Below are positions 28,880 through 41,815 of a stretch of 64,000 nt of DNA, piece after piece. The notes beneath the pieces were generated by a model. That model saw only the letters and a program-made list of their open reading frames with translations. It was not told where the DNA came from and searched no databases. Source of the stretch: the human T2T-CHM13v2.0 reference genome, Homo sapiens; NCBI RefSeq assembly GCF_009914755.1, contig NC_060926.1. The stretch is one strand, 5' to 3'. Within the stretch, counting starts at the first letter, position 1. Each line of letters begins with the position of its first letter. Both the position numbers and the translations under genes were made by a program.

Positions 28880-30400
28880 AACTCTGGCCTGGAGAGCGCA
28901 CCCGGAAAAGTGCAGAGTCGAAACAGAGAGAGAGGGGTGTCCGCGTCCCGGCCACAGAGCCCTTTCCAAACCACTCGGAAACCATTTAAATGGCTCGGCG
29001 GCCGCGGTTTGCAGCCTAGAACTGTTTGGGGTCCCCGGCTAGGAAAGTTGCCTGGCAAAGCCATGTCTTTCGCTGTCGCGGGATGTCCTCTCGGGCAGAG
29101 AGGCTGGAGGAGACAGGCAACCTGCTAGCCGGAGTGGAAGCGCGCCCGCCTCCCGCCGGGCCCTCCCTCTCAGGGTCCCCACGCTGCGACCCTCCCAAGG
29201 GCAAGTCCGGGGCCACCAGGTCTTTGGTCTCCGTCCAGCTCCTCAGGGGCCGCCCCATAGGGACTGGCGGGGGCACCGTGGGCGAGAGGGTGTGACCGGG
29301 CTCCCCCCCGAGGCGCCACCTGCCCCTTGGCCCAGGGCGCCCCTTTCGGGATCTCTCCAGGGGCAACCGACACACTGCTCTCGAGACCGTCTCCAACCGG
29401 CCACCTGGACCGTAGCCCGTAGCCCTGTCCCCAACACGTGAACCCCTGCGGCCGTCCTCCCGCCTGCTCTAACGCAGCCCAGGGGTACCGCGTCTCCCTC
29501 CGCCTGCCGCCGGCTTACCTGGCGGGTGGGCAGGGCAGGGTGGCGGGAAGCGGCGGCCGGGCAGGCGCTGGACGTGGGCTAGGCGCCAGGTGCAGGTGGC
29601 GGCGGCTGCGACTCCGGTTGCTGTCGCCACAGTTGCGGCTCAGTAGAGCTCCTCCTCCGCCGCCGCCTCCTGCCTTCCCGCTGGGCCTCCCGCGTTGCCT
29701 GGAGAGGCAGAACCGAGGCTCGGCTTCCACTTGGAGTCTCCCAGGTGAGCTCCAGCCTGCGACGTCGGCAGGGGCGAGGCCCCACTTCCGCGCCTGCGCG
29801 CCAGCCTCCCGCCCCGCCCCAGCCCTACCTGAGCGCTCCAGGTGAGAACCTTGGATCGCGCGCGCAGGGTGGGGGCGCCGTCCGGGCCAAGCCTGGCTGT
29901 CGCGCGGCTTCTCTCTGAGTGGTCGGCGAGGCTGCTGCTCCGCGCAAGTTGTGGCTCCCGGCCCATCTACATTGGAGGAATCCTGCACTGACCTGGTGGC
30001 AGTGATCACCTTGTAGCCAGAACACAGTCTGCTGGGTCCTTGGGGAACCAGAAGTTCTAGATTTCCCCCACACGGTTCCTCCCTTCCTCCTCGGTTCGCC
30101 AAAATGAAGGGGTGCGCTGCCTCCGAGGACCACTTCGGGAGGGCAGCAACTGCTGGCTCATGTGGTTTCTTCGGGCAGGGTTCAGCAGCTTCTGTCACCA
30201 GTTAGGTTTCGTGAGCTTCCTTCCCGTGTAGTCTTGATTTCATCACTTGACTCACTTCAGCGCAGCTAGTGGTTTCCGTTTCTGTACGCGGGCGCTCTGG
30301 TAGGGGCGCCTCACGTCCAAAGGAGGAGTCTTCTTCCAAAGAAGAGCCTTTGGTATTTGGCAGAGCCTCGCCAATTTGGGGCGCACCTCCCCTTCCTGGG
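28880..30400. promoter_or_regulatory. CpG island / GALNT3 promoter
   Basis: Abrupt GC- and CpG-rich segment in an AT-rich background. Motifs: ETS CACTTCCG 29783-29790, NRF1-like GCGCCTGCGC 29790-29799, GC boxes CCCGCCCCGCCCC 29808-29820, RUNX TGTGGTT 30161-30167, multiple CAGGTG E-boxes. Confidence 0.93.
29519..29790 (-). other. GALNT3: GALNT3 non-coding exon 1 (5' boundary/TSS approximate)
   Basis: Consensus donor CCGCCAG|GTAAGC at 29518 inside the CpG island, directly downstream (minus sense) of the GC-box/NRF1/ETS cluster. The TSS cannot be fixed from sequence. Confidence 0.8.
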
Positions 30401-31820
30401 ATGCTCTCAGAAGGCAAACCAATTCCCAGAAGAGAGGGAAAAACAGCCACAACAGAGAGAACCTTTGCTGTCCCTGTTTGGAAAGAGATTGGGATTTCCT
30501 GGAGAGGGCTTGCTTCTACTGCAGGTTTGTTTAAAAGCTCAACATCTATTCTGGAAGAGAACAACGCAGACTCCAGGAAGATGGTGGGTTTTGCTGTTTT
30601 TAAGACAAAAAAAAATTGTTAAACAGTATTTGTTCCATTTATGACACAACTTTCTGTTTCAGCCTTCCTTCTGCTGCTGCAACAAACATTGACACACCCA
30701 AAACCAGGACTTAAAATGGCCTTTATACCTTTCTATGAACTCATTTCTTTGGCCCTATCCCAAAGATATCTAGGGATATAAATAGAAAACTAGCTAAAAA
30801 CTTTTTGGTGTCGTGTTTAATCACATGGTGGTAGGTTTTACTATGAAGTTTAGTTGTGGCCTTCCTCCTACATTTTGACATGCTCTTATGGTGCTTATTC
30901 ACTGTTTTATTAGTGCTATGCGTGACCTAAAAATAAGGTTTAAAATACAGTTTAGTATAGTATCAACAAGTGTATCTTTAGTATTTGACTACTCTAAGAC
31001 ATTGGTTTTAGCATCCATAGTGCTATTTTATACTAGGACATCTATGAGTTAGGGTTTAAGACTTTAGTAAACTAGGTAGTTCTTTGCTTGTTTTACATGT
31101 CATGGTTATTTTGCGAGCACCAAGGAACCTCCATGTATTTGCAACATTTTAATATCAGTACCTACAAGCAATTGCCAAGCTCCCTTTCCCTCCAAAAACA
31201 AACAAACAAAAAAATAGTTCAGGAGATACTTGTGTGTATTGATATACTAACTTGGCAGTGTTTTTCCTTAGGTCCAGGTCCAGAACTGAAAATACTAACT
31301 ACTGAAATTCTCTTCTCCTTCTCCTTCTTCTTCGTTGTGCCACTTTGTCGTTTACCCCTAACCAGAGGTTAATGTTAGTCTTTGGAAAATTTGTAAGGTA
31401 TCCTAAATGTATAACCAAGAAACCTGTACCCTTTTGCACGCACCACCCATCTCTGAATGAAGAGCCAAAGATTGTCAGAGTTTTGATGTCCCACCAGGCG
31501 AAGAGCAACACTTTTCACTGACAATCAGGACAGAGCAGATGGATATAGAATAACAATCTGGAATCCAAGGACTGAGATGCATTGACAGCAAGACTAGTAA
31601 CGTCAAATAACAACTGAAAAGAGAAGCTAGGGTAGACCTATTAAAAGAGAGAGCCAGCAAACAGGACCAAAATGCTGGATGAGGAGTCTAAAAAGAACAG
31701 AAGAAACAAAAAAGATCAGGAGTTACTAAAATTTGACTGTCAGTTTTACAATGGAGACAGACAATTTAAAGAAGGAAGCAGTTTTTCTGAGTGTGGCATT
31801 ACTTGTGCACGTTGAGTGTC

Positions 31821-31880
31821 ATATATATAGAGAGAGAGAAAGAGAGAGAGTGAGAGAGAGTGAGAGAGAGAGAGAGAGAG
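31821..31880 (+). repeat. (TA)n(GA)n compound microsatellite
   Basis: atatatatagagagagag... Confidence 0.9.
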
Positions 31881-32122
31881 ATATCTTGGGGATGAGACCT
31901 GTCTAAACACAAAATTCATTTATGTTTCATATACACCTTATACACATAGCCTTAAGGTAATTTTATAAAACATTGTAAATAATTTTATGCATGAAACAAA
32001 GTTTGTGTAAAGTACTTATGTGTGGAATTTTCAACTTGTGGTGTCATGTTGGTGCTCAAAAAGTTTTGAATTTTGGAACATTTCAGATTTTGGATCTGTG
32101 GATTAGGGATGCTCCACCTGTA
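31881..32122. mobile_element. Tigger4/MER46-type DNA transposon fragment
   Basis: atatcttggggatg..ctaaacacaaaattcatttatgtttcatatacacc...gattagggatgctc.acctgta. Confidence 0.75.
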
Positions 32123-32493
32123 CTATTTTACACAACGTTGCTTGTACTATTTCAAAGCATTCTGAAAGCAAAGTCTTAATATTAATAAAAAATTTTCTAT
32201 GTGACAATAAAATTAAAATGCTGCAGGCCCAAGAAAAAAATATTATCATATTGAAATATTTAATGCCCCAAATCTAATCAGATGCAGGTTTTTGAAAGTA
32301 CCATCCTATTCAAAATTATGAAATAAAGAATTTGTTTCATAAAGAGAAATTAGCATTTCATCATAAATAAAATCCAGGAACCTTAGTGTAGACATGCTTC
32401 AGAAATAAGCTAATTTTAATAGTATATGTTTGACATATAATGACAGTTAAGATAGAAAACTGGGCAGATTTTACACAGGAAGGAAACAAACAT

Positions 32494-32528
32494 TCTCTCT
32501 CTCTCTCTCTCACACACACACACGTACT

Positions 32529-32563
<35 letters not shown>
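32494..32563 (+). repeat. (CT)n(CA)n compound microsatellite
   Basis: Direct reading. Confidence 0.9.
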
Positions 32564-32566
<3 letters not shown>

Positions 32567-34450
32567 CTAGCCACAAAATGCTCATTTGCATGGATTTGAA
32601 ACAATACTCACTCCTTAATACTTTCTGTTAACATTTAAATTAATGCCAAGACCAGCACCTGGCACTTAGTAGGTACTTAATAAATATGTGTTAAATGAAT
32701 AAATTGACCCATCAAGTACCATAAAAAAAATGCCTAGTGTCTTGAGCAATTTACAGGTCTAAAGAATGGTTTTACCCAACAGTAATGACAAATAATCCAA
32801 GGCAGATAAGAACACTAGACTGGTAATCTGAATTGCAAAGTTCTAAGAACAATAGCTACCAGCTTTCACATACCTACATTTCAAAAGACACTACGCAAAA
32901 CAACTTACACTCCTACAAATTACTTTACATCTGGCTTAAATATTCTCTTCCACAAAACAAAATAGTGGTACAAGATGATCTACAGGCTTCTTTACATTCT
33001 GATTCATATAAACTCTATGCCAAGAGAATTGGGCAAATAAATAAATAAATAAATGAAACCTTCTGGATATAGCAATAATAATTAATGGGACAGCAAAGAT
33101 GAAGAAACTGAAATTATTTAGCTGAGATCGAAATTTTAATTCATAAAAAATAGTTGTAATATATAATGTAACAAGTAAATGTGTAAAGTTACTAAGCCTA
33201 ACTTTAAACTATTTTAGTTTGTTAATTGTTTAATTGTTGGTTACACAACTTTGCTTTGAAACATACTCTAGAAACAGTTTTGCCTCATGAGGGAACTAGA
33301 GCTTTTAGTGAGGATCTCAAAGTCAGACTGAGAGATTTGGCTCAAAGACTGAACAGACTGGAATAATTTCTTCTCAAAGCAGTAAAAGTGTTGAAATGCT
33401 ATTGATTCAAGCAGAGAATAGAGGTGGTATCACAGTGAAGAGCCACAAACACGTGGGTATTTTTTAAATAATGATCCAACATAATTCTACATTGTGTTTA
33501 AAATATAGCAAGTTAAAACAGGGAAAATATAAATAGGTTATTTTAGTATGAACTTTTTTGGACATTGTTTTATATGATTCTTCCCCCTGTAGAATCTCAG
33601 AACAATCATCTCAGATTTTCAAAGTGGTTCACATACTATGAGGGGTTGACTTAGATTACAACAAAACTATGTCTTGCTAATCTTGTATTCTTAGTACTTG
33701 GCACATAGTAGGCACTCAATAAATATTTGATGAAATGTATTGAATAGAGTGCATTGTTTCAAGCTTTTAAGCATTAGCATAAGAGCAAAAAGAAATGTCA
33801 TGCTGAGTCAGAATAATATTCAATCTAACTGGCTCTAAATTCTGACAGTGGCACCAAAGAATATTTTGTGGAAAACTATGGTGATAGTCTTGCATGATGT
33901 TGACCTCAGTGATGTACTCGAGTATCCCTCACTCACTCTTTTCCTAAATTGATTTCTCTTTTTCTGTAACATGTTTCTTTAAATTGAAAAGAAATTAATA
34001 TTCATTACAGAGAAATCAGAAAATACACATAACTGCAAAGAAACTAGCTTTGAAATACTCAGAATTCCTTATACCAAGATGAATCAGTGCTATCAGACCC
34101 TTTCTATCATGTATCTTTGCAGATTTTTTTTATTGAAAAAGTTGGCAGGAGGCACGGCATGGAATGGGGAACATAGAGGGATACAGAGACAGGTTTGTAA
34201 AATAAAAACTAGATCATTCTGGGGACTTGTTTTGTAGCCAGAGTTTTCTACTTGACATATAATTAAATGTCAATAAATTTATTTTACAGTATTATTTTAA
34301 TGGCTGCCTGATATCCCTTTGTAAGGATTTAATCTGTCAATTACTGTTGGACAATGAAGATTGCTCCCAAATTTTGCTATTGCAACCAGTGCTATAATGA
34401 TCATACTCTTCATCTGTTGAAACATTTATTACGATTTTCTTCTAATTGAC

Positions 34451-34897
34451 TTTTATTTTGTTTTTGTTTTATATAGAGATGGGGGTTTCACTATGTTGCC
34501 TAGGCTGCAATTGAACTCCTGAACTCAAGCAATCCTCCTGTCTCGGCCTCCCAAAGTGCTGGGATTACACGCATGAGCCACCAGGCCAGGGATATTTTTG
34601 TCTTTTGAGACAGGGTCTTGTTCTGTTGTCCAGGCTGGATCACAGTGGTGCAATCATGGCTCACTGCAGCCTCAACCTCCCAGGCTCAAGTGATCCTTCC
34701 ACCTCAGCCTCCTGAATATCTCGGACTACAGGCATGTTTCATCATGTCTGGCTTTTATTTTATTTTATTTTATTTTTTGGAGAGATGAGGTCTTACTATG
34801 TTGCCTAGGCTGTTCTCGAACTCCTAGACTCAAGCAATCCTCCTTCTTCAGCCTACTGTAGTGCTGGGCTTATAGGCAGGAACCACCATGCCCAGCC
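34451..34897 (-). mobile_element. AluJ plus an adjacent left monomer (three-arm cluster)
   Basis: Left monomer ~34458-34590 and a full AluJ ~34595-34897, both on the minus strand. Confidence 0.85.
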
Positions 34898-35287
34898 CTG
34901 ACTTTTATTAAGCCACATTGTGTCAATTATCCAGATCCTAAACTATGACAATGTCATTAGAGGCATCATATCACAAAAACAAGAGGTAGAATACCTATTA
35001 ACAATTTACAATTTTCTATTGGTAAGAAAAATAATAAGAATATTAATTCTAGCTACCAGACCTTCATACAAAGAACGTTCTATTCAATGAACACCTTATA
35101 ATTTTAGAAATATGGAAATAGAATACGTCACTTATTTTAAAAAAAAACTCAGATCTCTTATTTTCCTCTGATCATACCACAGTCAGTTTCCCACCTGTGA
35201 AAGTCTTTGTATCTTCTAATATGATTTTCTTCCCCCTCTCCAAATCCCCTCCAGCCCAACTGAAGACCCTAGTCTCCCATGGAGTCT

Positions 35288-35645
35288 TGATATGGTTTGG
35301 CGGTGTCCCCACCCAAATCTCACCTTGAATTATAATAATCCCCACATGTCAAGGATTGGACCAGGTGGAGATAATTGAATCATGGTGGTGGTTTTCCTCA
35401 TACTGCTCTTGTGGTAGTGAATACGTCTCATGAGATCTGATGGTTTTATAAATTGGAGTTCCCCTACACAAGTTCTTCTTACCTGCCACCATGTAAGACG
35501 TGACTTTGCTCCTCATTCGCCTTCTGCTATAATTGTGAGGCCTCCCCAGCCATGTGGAACTGTGAGTCAATTAAACCTTTTTCCTTTATAAGTTACCCAG
35601 TCTTGGGTATGTCTTTATTAGCAGCATAAGAACAAGACTAATACA
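35288..35645 (+). mobile_element. THE1-family (MaLR) solo LTR
   Basis: TGATATGGTTTGG...GACTAATACA termini; TSD agtct/agcct. Confidence 0.9.
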
Positions 35646-36629
35646 AGCCTCCTGGATCAGTTCAAATCACCTTGATATTTCTTAATTCCAATGCATTGGC
35701 ATAAAGTAAATTTCCTTCCTCCCTTGGCCCTCACCTCTCTCTTGACTCCAATAAGGGAGAGTTGTGGAGAGATGGTACCTGGGTTTGATATAATTTGTTG
35801 CCAGATAAGTTATAATAATTTGTTAAGGAATTCAAGCCGTAGAGGATGAGGATGCTCTTTTAGCATATTAGGTTTGAGGTAACAGGCCAAAAGGAATAGC
35901 ATTTGGTTATTAAGGTAAAAAGAGAAATAATTTTTATGCATGTTAGAAGGGGAATTTTGAAGGAAATTACACTTTTTCTGTATATTTATATATTTTACTT
36001 TTTATTTACCAGGAGAAAAGGCATTTGCTGCCCAAGGTAGAATCCCATCACCATACTCCTTTCCTACATCCAATCACAAAATCAGAATATGCCAATTCTC
36101 TATTCCCAAGTAAGTCAACAGACCCTAAGATTACATTCCCTTTCTCCCCTCTGCAAAGCTTCAGGGACAGGAGTCCCTGACAGGCAGCTGACATTTGGGG
36201 TTGCATACAAAAAGTCAAGTCATTGCAAGAGAAGGAAGTTTGTTTCTATTGGAAGAGTTAGTGTACAACATATAAAAACGGAGTGAGGATGGGGATATTG
36301 TAGTAGGGAGGGGGTTAAAGGGCTTAGAAAATGATTTTTTTAAAGGTGGACAGGGGAAGAGTAGAAGGCAAAAAAATGTCATCCATGTGGGACATCTTCT
36401 GAACGCCCAAGGAGAATCTTTGGGGATACATTCCCCCCAAGATTTAAAGAAGTGGCTTCACTCCTGAGAATGTACAGGGAGCGGAGAAGCTAAACCAGGA
36501 GCAACATCCAATTTCTTTGTCTCTCCTTCTCTTCTCACTGCAAACTCTGTACAGGTTTGGCATAACTATCTAAACTTTCTAGTAAAAATCATAGCCTTCA
36601 TGAAGATCCATTGTGTATTTGATTCACAG

Positions 36630-37105
36630 AAAGTTGGTATTGAATTGTAAAACACGGCTACAAATTTCTCCCTCTCCAACAGGCGTGTCATTTTGGAATG
36701 TGACTTGCTGCTCTTCTCATCAAAGGTAAAGTCCTCTTCTTCACCTTTTAACCTAGAGTAGCTGTGCAACTTTCTTTGACCAATCAAATATGGTGGAAGT
36801 GATGTTGCGTGACTTCCAGATATAAGTCTTAAAGAGATTTTTCACTTTCTGCTTTCACTCTCTTGGAATGTTGCCCTGAGATCACCACACCATGAAGAAG
36901 TCTGGGGCGAAAGGCCATGTGGAGTGAGAGGCTCAGCTTCCCAGATGATCTCACTGAGCACAGCCCCCAGCCACCTGCCAGCTCAATGCAACCTGGTGAT
37001 GGACCCAAGCAAATACCAGCAGAAGAATCACCTGGTCAACCCACAGAATCATGAGAAATACTAATTTGTTGTTGTCTTAAGCCAGTAAGTTTTGAGAGAG
37101 TGTTT
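36630..37105 (+). mobile_element. MLT1 (MaLR) LTR, MLT1G/H-like
   Basis: ctttgaccaat..aatatggtggaagtgatgttg.gtgacttcc...cccacagaatcatgagaaata..tgttgttgt.ttaagcca. Confidence 0.72.
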
Positions 37106-37769
37106 TAACTGTTTCACCTAAGTTTGGTCTCTTAACATGAACATAAGCACTTTTTTGCATTTGTACATCCTTTGTACTCTTCCTGTTCATACCGAGAAAG
37201 CTTTTGCAATGCAAAAGCTCAAATGTATTGGAATTTTAGAAGTTTAAGCCTTGAAGGACTCTGTACAAAACCATGCCAAAAACCATATATTTTGAAGAAT
37301 ATGTTCTCAGTCTGAGCCAGTTTTCTATTTCCACCTCAAATCTTGATTGGTGCAGACTGGAGAAAGGAGAAGAGAGTCAGGGGTAAGACCGTGGGTCGGA
37401 GGTGGATATCGACAATGTACCTGAGTAAAAGCCCTGTAGCCTCTCACCATGTTGGAATACCATATGGCACAACTACATGGACCGCCATTTACATAGAGTA
37501 GGATGTTTAGTACTGCGTCTTGACCTTTGAAACCAGACTGGTGAGAGGACTCACCAACAAAAGTGAAGCTAGGGTCATAGGCCCTACCTTGGAGATTGGT
37601 AAGACCCCAGAGTTATTCCTTGCCCAATGTTAAGTAAGAACAGAAAACATTTCTAAAGAGGGTCCTGAGGCAGACAGGTCTTAAGCAGTCCCACAGCCCT
37701 CATGTGCCCTAGAAAGATGCAGAGCGCCCAGAAGCGGTTTTTCAGTGCAGGTGAGAATGGTTTAGATCC

Positions 37770-37940
37770 ACATGTTTTTGTAAATTAGTTTTTATTGGAA
37801 GAGAGGCAAACCCATACATTTACCTGTTGTCTATGGCTGCTTTGACACTACAATAGCAGAGTTGGGTAGTTGTGACAGAGATCATATGGTACACAAAGCC
37901 TAAAACATTTACTATCTGGTCCTTTATTTTTAAAAAGTCC
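37770..37940 (-). mobile_element. MER58-like fragment
   Basis: gttttattggaa..tgtctatggctgcttt..gcagagttg.gtagttgtgacagaga..aaagcctaaaa.atttactatctgg. Confidence 0.65.
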
Positions 37941-39540
37941 TTATATTAGATGAAACACAAAGAACTGGTAAAACTTAAGCCTTGTGTAATAATACAAAAC
38001 AAAAATATACCATGTAGACCATAATCAAAGGGCCCATTGTCTTCAGCCGCTGACATTGGGACCAGGGTGTAGTGTCAGAACATGAAAGCCTGGATACCTA
38101 CAATGGCCTAATTTTCTCATACAAATGCATCCTACCACTCCCATCCCATACCTTATGCTAGATAGGATCCATGGAATTAGCTGCATCTCCAGTGAAACAG
38201 GAAAAGTCCCTGATTTTACTGAGATTTAGCTATTGTCACATGGTGTAACAGGGATTTAAGAGAAAAAATAACCTCAGGTATAGACATAGGAAAATAATGT
38301 TAGATTAAGTTTCTTATACACCTGGTTCTGTCTTCAGAAACTGGCACCCACTATAAAGCCTTCCATAGTGATAATTATCGCACAAAATCGATACAAAGGA
38401 AATACCTGCTGAATGTTCTGCCTCAGTAGGTTTTCCTTTGGTCTTTTACCTTAGAAAACTGCATGATAGCATTTTTCTATTATTTTGACATTTCATGTAG
38501 GAAGCATGTTATTCACAACTTATGTTTTATAAAATCTTTTTCTGATGATGATGATGATGACACTTGTTAATTTCCATCTCCTTCCTTCACTGTAAGTTTT
38601 TCTATTCCCTGAGACAACTATTTCTCTCACTTGTCCTAAACCCCAAGGATACAAGAGATGCATAGGAAAATATCTATGAAGTGTGTGGGAGGAGACAACA
38701 GGGCAGGGTTCCAGAGGTCTGTGGTTTATTGCACGTAAAACACTGGAAAGTGCTTTGGATGATAAGGAAGTAGCTTGTTGTCCTTTGCAATGGCCTGACA
38801 TTCTTACACTGAGAAAATCTTACTCCCCACTTTGAGCTGGGATGTGGGAGCTGGGAGGACATTTACTGAGTATTAACTCTGTGCCAGGAATTATTCCTAC
38901 ATTATCTCATTTAGTCTCCGGAAAACCCTACGTAACAGGTGAGAAGACCTCAGTGACAAGCTCAAAGATGCATAGCTAAAGAGCTGAAATGTAAAAGCAG
39001 GTCTGCCAGACTCAAAAACCCATGCTCTATAAACTACATCATAGAAGTTGTAAAATAATTTTACCTTGAATCCAAGGGTGAATAATTTGTCATGGTTAGC
39101 TTGCCCTTTGGCATTCATAAACAATTTCTACTGTCCCAGTTTTTGTTCCATTCATATAGGAGTAACATGTGGAAGTATTAAGCAATAGAAGGCTTTGTTT
39201 TCATGTATAAATTTTTACGATATTTTCAAATATAATAAAGCCAAAATTGTTAATTTCACTTCATGTAGAGATTCCTTCAAATATAAGATGCTATGAAACA
39301 GTGTCATACCAAAAAGCAAACACACTGATTTCTATAATCAAAACATTGAGGAACACAGGAAACTCTAGATAACTCAGAGGAAAAAGGGAGTACAAAATCG
39401 GGTTGACACAATGCTTCATTTAAGAATAGGAACATTGTTTGTTCATTTGGGTACTTTATAACTTTAAGTATAATGAGGTTTCTTTAAAAAATTGTAACAA
39501 TTTTGGTATAATTGTATAATAACTTGGTATGTGGTATTTT

Positions 39541-39830
39541 TATTTCTATTTATTTATTTATTTATTTTGAGACAGAGTCTCACTCTGTTGCCCAGGCTGG
39601 AGTGCAGTGATGTGATCTTGGCTCACAGCAACCTCTGCCTTCTGGGTTCAAGCAATTCTCCTGCCTCCCAAGTGGCCTCCACGCCCAGCTAATTTTTGTA
39701 TTTTTAGTACAGACAGTGTTTCTACTAAATGTTGCCCAGGCTAGTCTCGAACTCCTGGACTCAAGCAATCTGCTGGCCTCGGCCTCCCAAAGTGCTGGAA
39801 TTACATGCATGAGCCTATCACACTCAGCCG
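39541..39830 (-). mobile_element. Alu (J/S) with an internal deletion in the right arm
   Basis: (TTTA)n tail and Alu reverse complement lacking roughly 25-30 nt around gctgggactacagg. Confidence 0.88.
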
Positions 39831-40639
39831 TAGGTGTTATTTTTAAAACATATCCAAAATGATTTGGATCATTTTTAAAATGATCCTAAGTAATTCTTTA
39901 TAATATTAATAGTATAATTTGGTCCATTAAATTATAACTAGAAAAAAATAAATAAAATTCTTCCAAATTGATATATTGATGTAAAAATAAGGGTCTCTCC
40001 TTTAAGTCTCTCCATAAACTTTAGTTGAGAGTGAAAGACTTTTGGACCAATGATTCTTAACTAAAGCAATTTCTTGACAGAAGCAAAAGTGTGAAATGAG
40101 AAGATACAATAAATTTAACATCAAAACAAGAACTGTAAGTTTTATCATTTAATTGTATTGAAATACATACAAACCACTAGATATGTGGAATTTCAGAGGC
40201 ATTTAAAGAGTCATTCTAAAAGTATATGAAATTATTTCATGAAAAGGTCGATCAAAATAAGAAGAGGATCCTCATAAATAAAAATGTTTTATAATATCTC
40301 GATTATAAAAGTAATTTCACAGTAACTTTTCCTTTCTGCATCTTGTGAAACACAATAGACCTGAGACAGCCTGTCAGTTTGCTTTATGGAATTTGACTTT
40401 TTGCAGCCTCACAGACCACGATGAACTGGTATTACCAGTTTTGCCATCTTATCTTTTTATTTAAACAGCAATTAAACACTGCCATAATATCATATAAATC
40501 ATTAAATAATGTTCCAGACCACACACAAGTGGATGAGTTATGAAAGACTGAAGGATTATATTACTTTTAAAATATTTTGCTTAGATAGAATAATGGCAAT
40601 AAATATTAGCACCCTTTGTTTTATACTTTTACCAAATAT

Positions 40640-41230
40640 TGAGTAGTTTCAAAGGAACACTTACTAAATACATGCAATACATAAGGAATCATAATACAAT
40701 AAACAACTATGTACCTACTACTTACTTAAAGAAAAATAATATTTTTGTATCTGTCATGGAACCCTCTCAGATCCTGTCCCCTCCTAATTTTGAATTTTGT
40801 GTTCAATCATTTCCTTGTTTTTCTTTAGAGGTTTACTGCATATGCCTAAACAAAACACTGGTTAATTTCATGGTTTTTACAGCTTTGAACATTAATGAAG
40901 TGTATCGATATTATTTTGCTACTTGATTTTTTTGCCCAAAATTGGATACATGAGATTCGTACATGTTGTTGCATGTAGCTGTAATCAATTAACTTTCACA
41001 CCGTATTATGTTAATCCATTCTGCTCTTGATGAACATTTGAAAAATCTCCAGGTGCATGTTTATGTGTGAGAGAGATTACAAATAGTGCTGCTAAGAACA
41101 TTTTTATACTACCCTGGTTAAAGAGCATGTGAAAGATCTTCTCTTGGAAAAATAACTAACAGTGAAATTGCTGGGTAGTAGCAAATTTACCAGATAATGC
41201 CAATTATTTTCCGAAGTGCTTATATAACAC
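40640..41230 (-). mobile_element. Old L1M 3'-end fragment
   Basis: tgagattc.tacatgttgttgcatgtag..atccattctgct.ttgatgaacatttg..agtgaaattgctggg. Confidence 0.6.
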
Positions 41231-41422
41231 ACCCTTATGGTTTTAATGGCATGCTTCTTTACTAATTTATCTCTCTCTCACACACACACAGGCACACACA
41301 CATACACGATATAGAGATATATCCTTTTAATATACATTACTCCTTTTCTGAAAATGATTTTATATACTAAAAATCTAAATAATAGTATTAGTGCTGGCTT
41401 TTCAGAAAACCTAGAATTGTGA

Positions 41423-41815
<393 letters not shown>

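Noticed and set aside
29515-30198. 227-aa minus-strand ORF and many overlapping ORFs in the CpG island
   Set aside because: Non-ATG (GTG) start, low stop-codon density in GC-rich DNA, open in several frames at once, and no recognisable domain.
35541-35553. PRDM9 hotspot motif in the THE1 LTR
   Set aside because: Reads CCTCCCCAGCCAT, which mismatches CCNCCNTNNCCNC at positions 7 and 13. The 8618 copy is more degenerate still.
37199-37219. Perfect inverted repeat AGCTTTTGCA-A-TGCAAAAGCT
   Set aside because: Ten-bp arms in AT-rich DNA are plausible by chance in 64 kb, and there is no supporting context.
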